DNA from: Candidatus Fermentithermobacillaceae bacterium DTU015
Lineage (GTDB): Bacteria > Bacillota > Sulfobacillia > Fermentithermobacillales > Fermentithermobacillaceae
Length of the DNA: 64,000 nt
Assembly (NCBI GenBank): GCA_001513185.1
Contig: LFST01000046.1
Location: 82,161 to 146,160, forward strand
Direction of reading: 5' to 3'
The position numbers were made by a program, and so were the translations under genes. The first letter of the stretch is position 1. Each line of letters opens with the position of its first letter. The notes beneath the pieces were generated by a model. The model did not search any database. It was given only the letters and a program-made list of their open reading frames with translations, and was not told the origin of the DNA. Shown one piece after another: positions 27,506 to 36,099 of the stretch.

Positions 27506-29728
27506 CTAGTAAATACCCGCCCCGGAGCCGGCTGCGAAGTACTCTTCAAGGGCTTTGAATATACCCTTGGCCGCCAGCTCCTGAACGTAGTCTTGTTTGA
27601 GTAGGTTTTCCTCCCTGGGGTTAGAAAGGTACATTACTTCCACCAACACTGAGGGGCAATGGGCCTCCCTGTTGACGAAGAAGTTTGCGTCCCTTACTCC
27701 CCTGTCCTGGGTGCCCAGGCTTGCAGTGAGATGTTTCTGGATCAGCGCCCCCAGCCGCCTGGACTCAGATGAGTTCAGGGTGCTGCTGCAGATATATGAA
27801 GTTGTGCCAGCAGTCTGTGGGTTGCTGTGCCAATCGTTATGTATCGAGACGAACGCATGGGCTTTCTGGGACCATGCCACCCGCTTGGCCAGGTCTCCGG
27901 AATATTCGTCGATGTCAGGCTTCCAGTCTTCAGGGGGCGTTGCGTCTTCAAACTCGCCCAGCCTGGTGAGGATTACCGTTGCACCCGCAGATTCCAGGAG
28001 ATCCCGGAGCTTTACTGCGATTTTCCAGTTTACCGTACGTTCCTGGTAGCCGGTGGGGCCTGACGCGCCTGGGTCGTTGCCTCCGTGTCCAGGGTCGACC
28101 ACAATCACTTTGCCTTTAAGCCCAGGGTTGGGGAAGAAGGCTTCAATGGCATTGGCGTTTTTCTTAAGCAGGTAAGCGCCGCTTAAGGATGTATCCAGGG
28201 ACAGGCTCACCCCGTCGGTTGCGGTGCCGATGTCTACTTGTCTCACCAGTTCCCCTCTTACCCGGGAAGCTTGTCCGGTGTAAGAGGCGCCCGGCAGGAA
28301 CATGGTGACTGAGTTGCCGTTCCTGGTAACAGTGGGCCAGGTGTAACCCAAAGTATGTACGGTGAGTAGTTCCCCGTCGTCCTGGCGCTTTACGTCCACC
28401 GCAGTTACAGTGGGCGCAAATCCAAGCACTACTTTGCCAGGTGATTGTTCCTGGACTACGTAAGATGGCGTTTCTGAGAACTTGATGGTAACATCGCTGC
28501 CTTCAACCTTAACCGACTCAAACTCGTAGGCGTTGATGTCTAGCCTGCCTGCTGCCTTGAAAAACTCGGAAGTGCTTATTATCAGGGTATTGTCTTCCTG
28601 ACGCACAAGCTGGCAGTTCTGAAACGGGCCCTGTACGGTAAGCGTGCGTATGCTGGAGCTTGCATCAAGAGCCACAGAGAACCCAGGGGTTGTGCTTGAA
28701 GGGGCTCCCGTGGTGAGCCACGAAGCTACCCAACCTACCACTCCCTTGGGGGATATTCCCCGGATCCAGCGGTCCCGCACTTCCAGCACACGGATTACGT
28801 CGCCTTTTTGCACCATGGATATCACAGGGTAATTGGTGCCGGGGCCTGCCCTAAAGTTGACGTCGGTGGCGTTTACCGTGGTGGTGCTGTACTTGCCAAG
28901 CGACCATGAGGTTTCAGATATCCCGAATGAAAGGGCAGGATCATTTATGGCGGAAATCACTGCATCAGGCCCGTATACCCAGCCCCTTATTCCGGACGAA
29001 GTCTGGACTGCGATCCAGGCTCCCCTTGAAGTGATATATTTGGCCGAGTCCCCGGACCTCAAGGTGGCCATCACAGTAGATCCCTTGATGGGCCTTTGGT
29101 ACACAGTCACAGAACTACCCCGGGGATTGACCACCATGTCGCCTGCCACCGGCACGGTTTCTTCAATTACCGGGAGGGTGAGCTGCAGAAGTTCAGCATA
29201 TATCCAGGCGGTCCTGCCGCCTCCCAGGGACACCCTTACCCAGTCATTTCGCTTGGCCTCAGCAAGGTACGTGTAGCCCCTCTGGGTCATCCCTACCACA
29301 GGGTAATCAGTGCCGGGCCCCTGGCGCATGTTTACGTCGGTCCTTGTGATCACTGCGGTTATGCCCCTGGAACCCAGGTCGATGTCCACCAGCCACCCTG
29401 CGATCCATGCTTCTCTGCCTTTGTAAGAGATCTTAAGCCAATCGTTTTCCATGGATATTATGTCAAGCCAAGTGCCTTCCAGCACTGTGCCTACGACGCT
29501 GTAGTTGGTACCGGGGCCGGATCTTAGATTGCACACGTCCCCTACTACAACCCCTTTAAAACCTGAGAAGTCAGACGGCAAAAGCGGGGTGCTGCTGTTA
29601 GACCATGCGGTACTGGAACATAGTGCAAGATGGAGGGTTACAGCTAGGAGCAGTACTCCGGGCAATACCCGGCAGGCTAGTTTGGAACGTTTGTTTAGGC
29701 TGTGCCTTATGTGTTTTGACATATGCAT
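27506..29728 (-). CDS. Secreted N-acetylmuramoyl-L-alanine amidase (Amidase_3) with four SH3b repeats
   Basis: Signal peptide and four GPGTNYxVVG-type SH3b repeats. C-terminal amidase_3 (VIVVDPGHGGNDPGASGPTGYQERTVNWKIA ... EVMYLSNPREE). Confidence 0.75.
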   Translation of the reverse strand: MHMSKHIRHSLNKRSKLACRVLPGVLLLAVTLHLALCSSTAWSNSSTPLLPSDFSGFKGVVVGDVCNLRSGPGTNYSVVGTVLEGTWLDIISMENDWLKISYKGREAWIAGWLVDIDLGSRGITAVITRTDVNMRQGPGTDYPVVGMTQRGYTYLAEAKRNDWVRVSLGGGRTAWIYAELLQLTLPVIEETVPVAGDMVVNPRGSSVTVYQRPIKGSTVMATLRSGDSAKYITSRGAWIAVQTSSGIRGWVYGPDAVISAINDPALSFGISETSWSLGKYSTTTVNATDVNFRAGPGTNYPVISMVQKGDVIRVLEVRDRWIRGISPKGVVGWVASWLTTGAPSSTTPGFSVALDASSSIRTLTVQGPFQNCQLVRQEDNTLIISTSEFFKAAGRLDINAYEFESVKVEGSDVTIKFSETPSYVVQEQSPGKVVLGFAPTVTAVDVKRQDDGELLTVHTLGYTWPTVTRNGNSVTMFLPGASYTGQASRVRGELVRQVDIGTATDGVSLSLDTSLSGAYLLKKNANAIEAFFPNPGLKGKVIVVDPGHGGNDPGASGPTGYQERTVNWKIAVKLRDLLESAGATVILTRLGEFEDATPPEDWKPDIDEYSGDLAKRVAWSQKAHAFVSIHNDWHSNPQTAGTTSYICSSTLNSSESRRLGALIQKHLTASLGTQDRGVRDANFFVNREAHCPSVLVEVMYLSNPREENLLKQDYVQELAAKGIFKALEEYFAAGSGAGIY

Positions 29729-29880
29729 TTACCTCTCACTTCCGTTTGGGGTTTAGATGATTTGTATCTCATATAGTAATCGGAACAACTCATGTTGTTG
29801 AGACGAAATTTCCAAGATATATGTTCCGTTTCGACAATTTTAGCAGCAAAGCGACATTGTGGGAATAAAGGGAATAAGCG

Positions 29881-29915
29881 AAAAAAACAGCTGCCGGGGT
29901 AATCCGGCAGCTGTT
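29881..29915 (-). terminator. Rho-independent terminator of the isc operon (10-bp stem CAGCTGCCGG, T7 tail on minus strand)
   Basis: AAAAAAA-CAGCTGCCGG-GGTAAT-CCGGCAGCTG on the + strand, i.e. a hairpin followed by TTTTTTT on the minus strand downstream of iscU. Confidence 0.65.
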
Positions 29916-29962
29916 GGAACCACTCATATTTCCTACATTTAGTGTTCAGCGGTGTGTTCGTG

Positions 29963-30373
29963 TTAGTGGCCGTGTTCATCGTGTCCTACTTCGATGTCTA
30001 CGTCGATACCTTGCCTCTCGTAATAATCCTTGATAGCTGCCCGCACTGCATCTGCTGCTAGGTTTGAGCAATGGAGCTTCTGCGGGGGTAACCCGCCGAG
30101 GGCTTCAGCCACATGCTTGTTGGAGACTTCCAGGGCCTCTTCCAGGGTCAGCCCCTTGACCAGCTCGGTTACCATTGAACTGGTGGCGATGGCAGCCCCG
30201 CACCCGAAGGTCCTGAACTTGATGTCTTCAATCCTGTTGTCCTTAACCTTCAGGGTGATCCTCATCATGTCCCCGCAGATGGGGTTGCCCACCTGGCCGA
30301 CTCCGTCGGGATTTTCAATTTCCCCTACGTTCCTGGGATTGAAAAAGTGGTCCATAACCTTGTCATTGTACAT
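29963..30373 (-). CDS. iscU: Fe-S cluster scaffold IscU/NifU
   Basis: MYNDKVMDHFFNPRNVG...GNPICGDMM and the three-Cys scaffold. Confidence 0.85.
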   Translation of the reverse strand: MYNDKVMDHFFNPRNVGEIENPDGVGQVGNPICGDMMRITLKVKDNRIEDIKFRTFGCGAAIATSSMVTELVKGLTLEEALEVSNKHVAEALGGLPPQKLHCSNLAADAVRAAIKDYYERQGIDVDIEVGHDEHGH

Positions 30374-30393
30374 ACGTCATCCCTGCCTTTACA

Positions 30394-31584
30394 TCATAAA
30401 CCACTGCCTGGGCCTAAAGGTGACATGGAGCGGAGTTTCTCCACTATAGGTGGCAGAACTTCCAGCACGTAGTCGATGTCCTCTTCCGTATTGGATCTGC
30501 CCAAGGTAAACCTGAGGGATCCATGGGCAGTCTCGTGGGACAGCCCCATCGCCAGGAGCACATGGGACGGCTCCAGGGATCCTGAAGTACAGGCTGAACC
30601 TGACGAGGCAGCCACGCCCATCCTGTCCAGGTTGAGCAGTATGGACTCCCCTTCCAAATACTTGACGCTCACGTTGACGTTGTGGGGCAGCCTGAGGGTG
30701 GGATGCCCGTTGAGCACCACGTCGGGGATTTTGTCCAGGATACCTTGGATCAACTTGTCCCTCAGGTTTGCGAGCCTTTGTGATTCTTCAGGGAGATCTG
30801 CTTTGGCCAAGCGGCACGCTTCCCCGAACCCGACTATACCGGGCACATTTTCGGTCCCGGCCCGCATCCTTCTTTCGTGGGCGCCCCCGGTAATCTGAGG
30901 GACCAGCCTTACCCCTTTCCTTACATATAGGGCTCCCACACCTTTGGGGCCGTAGATTTTGTGGCTGGAAACGGTGAGCAAGTCGATGTTCATATCCCTT
31001 ACGTCAATAGGGACCTTGCCTGCGCTTTGCACTGCGTCGGTATGGAACAACACCCCGTGCTCCCGGGCTATTGCCCCGATGTCTTTTATAGGCTCTATGG
31101 TGCCCACTTCGTTTTGGCCGTGCATTATGGAAATCAGGATGGTGTCTTTCCTGATAGCTCGCTTTATGTCATCCGGATCTATCAATCCGTATTTGTCGCA
31201 TGGGACGAAAGTGACCTCAAACCCCTCCTTCTGGAGGGCTTCAAAGGTGTGGAGCACTGCATGGTGTTCAATCTGGCTCGTAATAAGGTGCTTGCCCTTT
31301 GCCTTCCTGGAATGGGCAACGCCTCTTATGGCCAGGTTGTCAGATTCAGTGCCCCCGGAAGTGAACAGTATCTCATTGGGAGAGGCCTCGATCAGGGAGG
31401 CTACCTTTTCCCTGGCGTCATTGATGGCTTGCCTGGCCTCGTATCCCCACCTGTGTACGCTTGAAGCGTTGCCGAATTTGTTCGCAAAGTATGGTAACAT
31501 GGCGGCCAGCACTTCGGGTCTTACCGGAGTGGTTGCCGAATGGTCTAGGTAGACCAGCCTTTCAGGGTTTGGCTGACTACTCAT
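30394..31584 (-). CDS. iscS: Cysteine desulfurase IscS/NifS
   Basis: PLP-lysine region SSHKIYGPKGVGALYV and the catalytic SSGSACTSGS loop. Start chosen at MSSQPNPERLVYLDHSATTP. Confidence 0.85.
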   Translation of the reverse strand: MSSQPNPERLVYLDHSATTPVRPEVLAAMLPYFANKFGNASSVHRWGYEARQAINDAREKVASLIEASPNEILFTSGGTESDNLAIRGVAHSRKAKGKHLITSQIEHHAVLHTFEALQKEGFEVTFVPCDKYGLIDPDDIKRAIRKDTILISIMHGQNEVGTIEPIKDIGAIAREHGVLFHTDAVQSAGKVPIDVRDMNIDLLTVSSHKIYGPKGVGALYVRKGVRLVPQITGGAHERRMRAGTENVPGIVGFGEACRLAKADLPEESQRLANLRDKLIQGILDKIPDVVLNGHPTLRLPHNVNVSVKYLEGESILLNLDRMGVAASSGSACTSGSLEPSHVLLAMGLSHETAHGSLRFTLGRSNTEEDIDYVLEVLPPIVEKLRSMSPLGPGSGL

Positions 31585-31984
31585 GGTCAATGTCCCCCTT
31601 TGTTTCGATGTGGACGGTCCCCTCAACCAAGTCCTGCAAAGTTATGGAATTGAGGACACCTTCTATGGCATTTCCAACTTTTTGCCAAACATGCTTGGCT
31701 TTGCAATCATCAGGGCAGTCGCAGCCGGAAAAATCCTCGTGGACGCACTTTACCGGCGCCACGGGACCTTCCGCCACTTGGACGATTTCACCCACGGTAA
31801 TCTCAGCCGCAGGCCTGGCAAGCCTGTAGCCGCCGCCAAATCCCCGCTTACCTTGAACCAGCCCATGCTCTCTCAAGGGAATCACGATCTGTTCAAGATA
31901 GCCCTGAGATACTCTTTGGGCAGCGGAGACGTCGGCAAGTGATATGAACTCGTCTCCTGCTTTAGCCAGTTCATACATGAGCAA
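31577..31984 (-). CDS. iscR: Rrf2-family transcriptional regulator (IscR-like); true N-terminus probably extends to 32023
   Basis: Rrf2 HTH (LADVSAAQRVSQGYLEQIV) and the Cys cluster C..C....C. The conserved N-terminal KLSFSLSTKGHYAVLL lies upstream of the first canonical start (see findings). Confidence 0.7.
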   Translation of the reverse strand: MLMYELAKAGDEFISLADVSAAQRVSQGYLEQIVIPLREHGLVQGKRGFGGGYRLARPAAEITVGEIVQVAEGPVAPVKCVHEDFSGCDCPDDCKAKHVWQKVGNAIEGVLNSITLQDLVEGTVHIETKGDIDHE

Positions 31985-32063
31985 GACTGCGTAATGCCCT
32001 TTGGTGGACAGGGAAAAAGACAGTTTCTCTCACCTCAGTCAGGATTTAAGTCTATCCGCATCT

Positions 32064-32098
32064 AATCCTATTATTCTACTAGGATTATTGTAAGTCAA
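32064..32098 (-). promoter_or_regulatory. Candidate isc promoter (TTGACT-N17-AATAAT, minus strand) overlapped by inverted repeat AATCCTA-N9-TAGGATT
   Basis: -35 at 32098..32093 and -10 at 32075..32070 on the minus strand. The 7-bp inverted repeat covers the -10 and spacer, and a third AGGATT half-site is at 32041. This suggests an Rrf2/IscR operator. Confidence 0.35.
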
Positions 32099-32220
32099 GT
32101 GAATTCTGATTGGATGGGAATTAGTTTTGGAGAACATCTATGAGGAGGTATTATAACAACTAGAGGCGAAGAACAAGGGTGAATGACGACTATACTTTAC
32201 AAGTATCGTGAGGGGTTAAC

Positions 32221-33678
32221 GTGAGCAACATGAACATTGATGAAAAGTCGCTTCGGGCAATTGTCAAGAACCTCGAAAGAGACGTCGAGAAGCGGCCTAG
32301 AGACGTGGCTACAAGGCTTCAGCTCGCCCTGTCGTATATGAGGCTTGCAGAGGCGGACAAGGCCCGGGAGCACCTGGAGAAAGTAATAGAGTTGGATAAA
32401 CGCAATGTTGAAGCCCATTATTACCTCGGCATCCTTTGGGCTGATACAGGCAAGCTGGAAGAAGCCAAGAACGCATTTAAGCGGACTATTGCTCTGGATA
32501 GATCCCATTCGCCGTCCCACTATTTCTTGGGGAAAATCTACGCACTTGAAGGCAACTTGGATGCTGCCATTTCACAAACTGAGAAAGCCAGGGACGCAGC
32601 TCCCGGCAACGTGCTGGCCCGGGTGCAGCTGGGAGAGCTGTATCTGGCCAAGGGCAGGATCAGGGACAGCCTGGATGAATGGCTTGAAATCTTGAAGTTA
32701 GAGCCCGCCAACCTCCAGGCGCTGCACAACGTAGGTGCCATATATACTGATCTTAAGATGTTTGACGAAGCCCTTGAAGTGCTGGAGCGGGCAGAGCGGT
32801 TGGGTTCAGACACTTCCCTCTTGTTCTACAACAAGGGGCTTTGCTTTATGGGCAAGCAGGAGTACGCCAAGGCAATCGAAGCCCTCACCAAAGCACATGA
32901 ATTGGAACCGGAGAATACTATGACCCTCACCACCCTGGGCGAAGCTTACGCCATGTCAGGGGATATTGACACGGCCATGGGCAAGTGGCAGCAAGTACTT
33001 GACGCCAACCCTGATGACCTGTTTGCCACCTACAATTTGGGGCTTGCCTTCCTTGAGAAAAATGAGATGGACAAAGCGGTAGACATGTGGGAAAAATGTG
33101 TGTCCCTAAACCCCGCGTACATACCTGCACGCCAAAACCTTGCCACCTTGGCGGTCAACGCAGGAGATTTCAACAAAGCCATAGCACATTGGCGTGCAAT
33201 CAACCAGCTGGATCCCGGCAGCCCCAGGCCTCAGATGATCTTGGGGGAACTGTATTACAGGGCAGGGGACTTAGATCAAGCCTTGCGGCTCACCGAGGAA
33301 CTTGTGGAGAAACTCGGGCAGGTTGAACCCAAGGACAAAGAAGAGCGTAAACTAAGGTCGGATACTGAATTCCTGCATGGCACGGTGCTCATGGCCTCGG
33401 GCAGTCCCCGGGACGGCTTGGATCATTGGGTCAAGGCACTTAACTACAATCCCAACTTTGCCCTTGAAGCCAGCGGGTTTATATCCAGGGCCATTTGGCC
33501 GGAACTGCTCAAATTTGCAGAGGAGCATGCTCAGACTGAAGACCACAGGAAGGTAATCAGCCTGGTAAGCAGTTTCGTCAAGGAAGATACCAGGCCTCCT
33601 GAGGGTGTGGAGGCAGTTCCCAAAGTAGAGGAACGGAGAAAGGTCGGTTTCAGGTGGTTCTCACGGGGAAAGAAATAG
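32221..33678 (+). CDS. Tetratricopeptide-repeat protein
   Basis: About ten TPR units (EAHYYLGILWADTGKLEEA, NAFKRTIALD and others). GTG start with a GAGGGG RBS. Confidence 0.7.
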   Translation: MSNMNIDEKSLRAIVKNLERDVEKRPRDVATRLQLALSYMRLAEADKAREHLEKVIELDKRNVEAHYYLGILWADTGKLEEAKNAFKRTIALDRSHSPSHYFLGKIYALEGNLDAAISQTEKARDAAPGNVLARVQLGELYLAKGRIRDSLDEWLEILKLEPANLQALHNVGAIYTDLKMFDEALEVLERAERLGSDTSLLFYNKGLCFMGKQEYAKAIEALTKAHELEPENTMTLTTLGEAYAMSGDIDTAMGKWQQVLDANPDDLFATYNLGLAFLEKNEMDKAVDMWEKCVSLNPAYIPARQNLATLAVNAGDFNKAIAHWRAINQLDPGSPRPQMILGELYYRAGDLDQALRLTEELVEKLGQVEPKDKEERKLRSDTEFLHGTVLMASGSPRDGLDHWVKALNYNPNFALEASGFISRAIWPELLKFAEEHAQTEDHRKVISLVSSFVKEDTRPPEGVEAVPKVEERRKVGFRWFSRGKK

Positions 33679-34514
33679 CAACCGAGCCGGGCCTGCAGGG
33701 CATCGAAGTGATCGCTCTTGTGGGACCAAGCGGCACGGGCAAGTCCCACCACGCAATGTGGGTTGCCCAGGAATACGGGTGCCGGGCAATCATCGACGAT
33801 GGCCTGTTGATTTCCGGCTCAAGGATAGTCGCAGGTAAATCGGCTAAACGGGAAGAGACCAAGACCGCGGCGGTGAGAAGGGCGGTGTTTACTTCTGCCG
33901 CCCACGCTTTAGAGGTCAGGGCAGCTCTTGAGGACCTAAAGGTAGAGCGGGTGTTGGTGCTCGGCACTTCGGTTTCAATGATACAGCGCATAGTGTCAAG
34001 GCTGGGCCTCTCTGAGCCTTCGCTTATATTGGACATAAGGGATTTAGCTAGCGAAGAGGAGATCAGGGAGGCCTTGTGGCGAAGGCGGCAAGAGGGCAAG
34101 CACGTGATCCCGGCCCCCGCCTTCGAGGTCAAGAAAACCTTCTCAGGCTACCTGGTAGATCCTCTTAAGATCTTCGTGAGGGCCAGGGAAAAGATGCCGG
34201 CCGTTATGGAAAGAAGCGTGGTCAGGCCTACATACAGCTACTTTGGCAACTTCTACATCGCAGACAACGTTGTAATGCAGATGGCTACAAAGATCTGCTA
34301 CGAAATCGAGGGCGTGAAGCGGGTGCTGCGGGTCCTGGTGCTCACCACAGGCGACGGCGCCATGCTTGAAGTTGAACTGGTACTTAAGTCCGGCTTCCCT
34401 GTGTTTGAAGTGATGCAGGAAGTTCAGTCCAAGCTCAAGCAAAAGCTTGAGTACCTTACCGGAATTTACCTGCTTAGCGTGGATGTGATCACCAAGAAAA
34501 TCGGCTTGGATTAG
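33654..34514 (+). CDS. Fusion protein: HprK/RapZ-like P-loop domain + Asp23/Gls24 (DUF322) domain
   Basis: N-terminal half IALVGPSGTGKSHHAMWVAQEYGCRAIIDDGLLI resembles the HprK C-domain Walker A plus ADD motif. C-terminal half has the Asp23-family pattern (YSYFGNFYIADNVVMQMA...GVKRV...V). The GTG start overlaps the TPR gene by 25 nt. Confidence 0.5.
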   Translation: MVLTGKEIATEPGLQGIEVIALVGPSGTGKSHHAMWVAQEYGCRAIIDDGLLISGSRIVAGKSAKREETKTAAVRRAVFTSAAHALEVRAALEDLKVERVLVLGTSVSMIQRIVSRLGLSEPSLILDIRDLASEEEIREALWRRRQEGKHVIPAPAFEVKKTFSGYLVDPLKIFVRAREKMPAVMERSVVRPTYSYFGNFYIADNVVMQMATKICYEIEGVKRVLRVLVLTTGDGAMLEVELVLKSGFPVFEVMQEVQSKLKQKLEYLTGIYLLSVDVITKKIGLD

Positions 34515-34573
34515 GCTTGGACCTGGGCTAACGACGAGCGGTGTTGAAATAGTAATAGTATGGGAGGGGGACC

Positions 34574-35953
34574 ATGAAACCGGCCTACGGCCTAGAACTA
34601 ATTCAGACACAGAAGCTCGTCCTCACGCCTGAGCTGCATCAAGCCATTATGATCTTGCAGATGAACGTTCAGGAGCTGTCGGCCCTGCTATTGGAGGAAG
34701 TTGAGACAAACCCGCTCTTGGAATTGGCCGGCCACATTGCAGAAAAATCATACGATGATTCCCCCGGTGACGAAGAAGACTGGATAGCTTACTTCTTCGA
34801 CTCTTCAGACCTCGGCCTCGGAGGAAGGGAAGCGCGCAGGAGCTCCGGCGGGCTTTCAGATGAATGGAGACCTTTGGATTACGCTCCTGTCCAACCTAAT
34901 ACCTCAATCAGGGGGCACCTGTTGTCCCAGCTGGGGGTGTTACACCTTACCGAGAAAGAGCAGGCTATCGCCTGCTTCATCATTGAAAGCATAGATGATA
35001 ACGGCTATCTCCAAGCCACCACCGAGGAGATTGCCTCAGCTACGGCCAGCACCCCGGAGCAGGTTGAGGCCGTGCTCGAGCTCATCCAGAGATTCGATCC
35101 CCCCGGGGTTGCTGCCAGGAACTTGAGGGAATGCCTTAAGCTGCAGGCCGAAGCAAGAGGGCTTGGAGAGCTTGTGTTGCAGATCATACAGCATCATCTG
35201 GATGATCTCGCAAAGGGCAGGTACACCAAGATATCCCAAAGCACCGGAACTTCGCTTCAGCAGGTGTTAAGGGCCAGGGACGCCATATTAGGCCTTGAGC
35301 CCAAACCAGGGGCGGCGTTTTCAGGCGGCCACGTCACTTTCATAGTGCCCGACGTTGCCGTGCGGAGGCTTGGCGATGAATTTGTGGTGATTCTAAACGA
35401 CAGCGCTTTGCTGGCAATCAGGTGGAATCCCTACTACAGGAAACTGCTTGCCGCCGGCGAACAAGATGCCAGAAACTATCTGATTAAGCAGATGAGGAGG
35501 GCCCGTTTCCTGCTGAGAAGCATAGAACAAAGACGGTTGACAATATCAAGGGTAATGGAAGCCATCGTCGAGCGGCAGCGGCGGTTCTTCATGGAAGGCC
35601 CGGGACATCTTGAACCTATGACCCTCAAGGATATTGCCAGCCGGCTGGATATGCACGATTCCACGGTATCCCGGGCGGTGGCGGGCAAGTATGTGGATAC
35701 TCCATTCGGGGTGTTCCCGTGCAAAATGTTTTTTACCCCAGGGGTGGAATCGCGTGGGCAAGAGGTATCCCAATACAACATAAAGAAGCTTATCGAACAA
35801 ATGGTCCGCAGCGAAGATCCTGGCAACCCGCTCACCGACAGCCAAATCGCCCATGCCCTAAACCGGCGGGGAATAGACATTGCAAGGCGCACGGTTGCCA
35901 AATATCGCTCTCAATTGGGGATTCCTCCCTCAAATCGCAGGAAGAAATTATAA
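34574..35953 (+). CDS. rpoN: RNA polymerase sigma-54 factor
   Basis: N-terminal activator-interacting region LxLxQxLxPxLQQAIxLLQ and the C-terminal RpoN box ARRTVAKYR. Confidence 0.9.
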   Translation: MKPAYGLELIQTQKLVLTPELHQAIMILQMNVQELSALLLEEVETNPLLELAGHIAEKSYDDSPGDEEDWIAYFFDSSDLGLGGREARRSSGGLSDEWRPLDYAPVQPNTSIRGHLLSQLGVLHLTEKEQAIACFIIESIDDNGYLQATTEEIASATASTPEQVEAVLELIQRFDPPGVAARNLRECLKLQAEARGLGELVLQIIQHHLDDLAKGRYTKISQSTGTSLQQVLRARDAILGLEPKPGAAFSGGHVTFIVPDVAVRRLGDEFVVILNDSALLAIRWNPYYRKLLAAGEQDARNYLIKQMRRARFLLRSIEQRRLTISRVMEAIVERQRRFFMEGPGHLEPMTLKDIASRLDMHDSTVSRAVAGKYVDTPFGVFPCKMFFTPGVESRGQEVSQYNIKKLIEQMVRSEDPGNPLTDSQIAHALNRRGIDIARRTVAKYRSQLGIPPSNRRKKL

Positions 35954-36005
35954 ATTTAGCCCCGGATTGCTTAAGGATGCAAGACCTTCAAACAGGGCTT
36001 GTTAT

Positions 36006-36034
36006 TTGACGTTTGGCGGGTTAGGCACTACAAT
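36006..36034 (+). promoter_or_regulatory. Sigma-A-type promoter upstream of rnfC (TTGACG-N17-TACAAT)
   Basis: Hexamers and spacing read directly from the sequence, about 65 nt upstream of the rnfC GTG. Confidence 0.45.
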
Positions 36035-36099
36035 TATCACTGTATAACATGTGATCTCTGAATTCTCTGTAAACTAAAGTACCAGGTTATATTTTTGTT

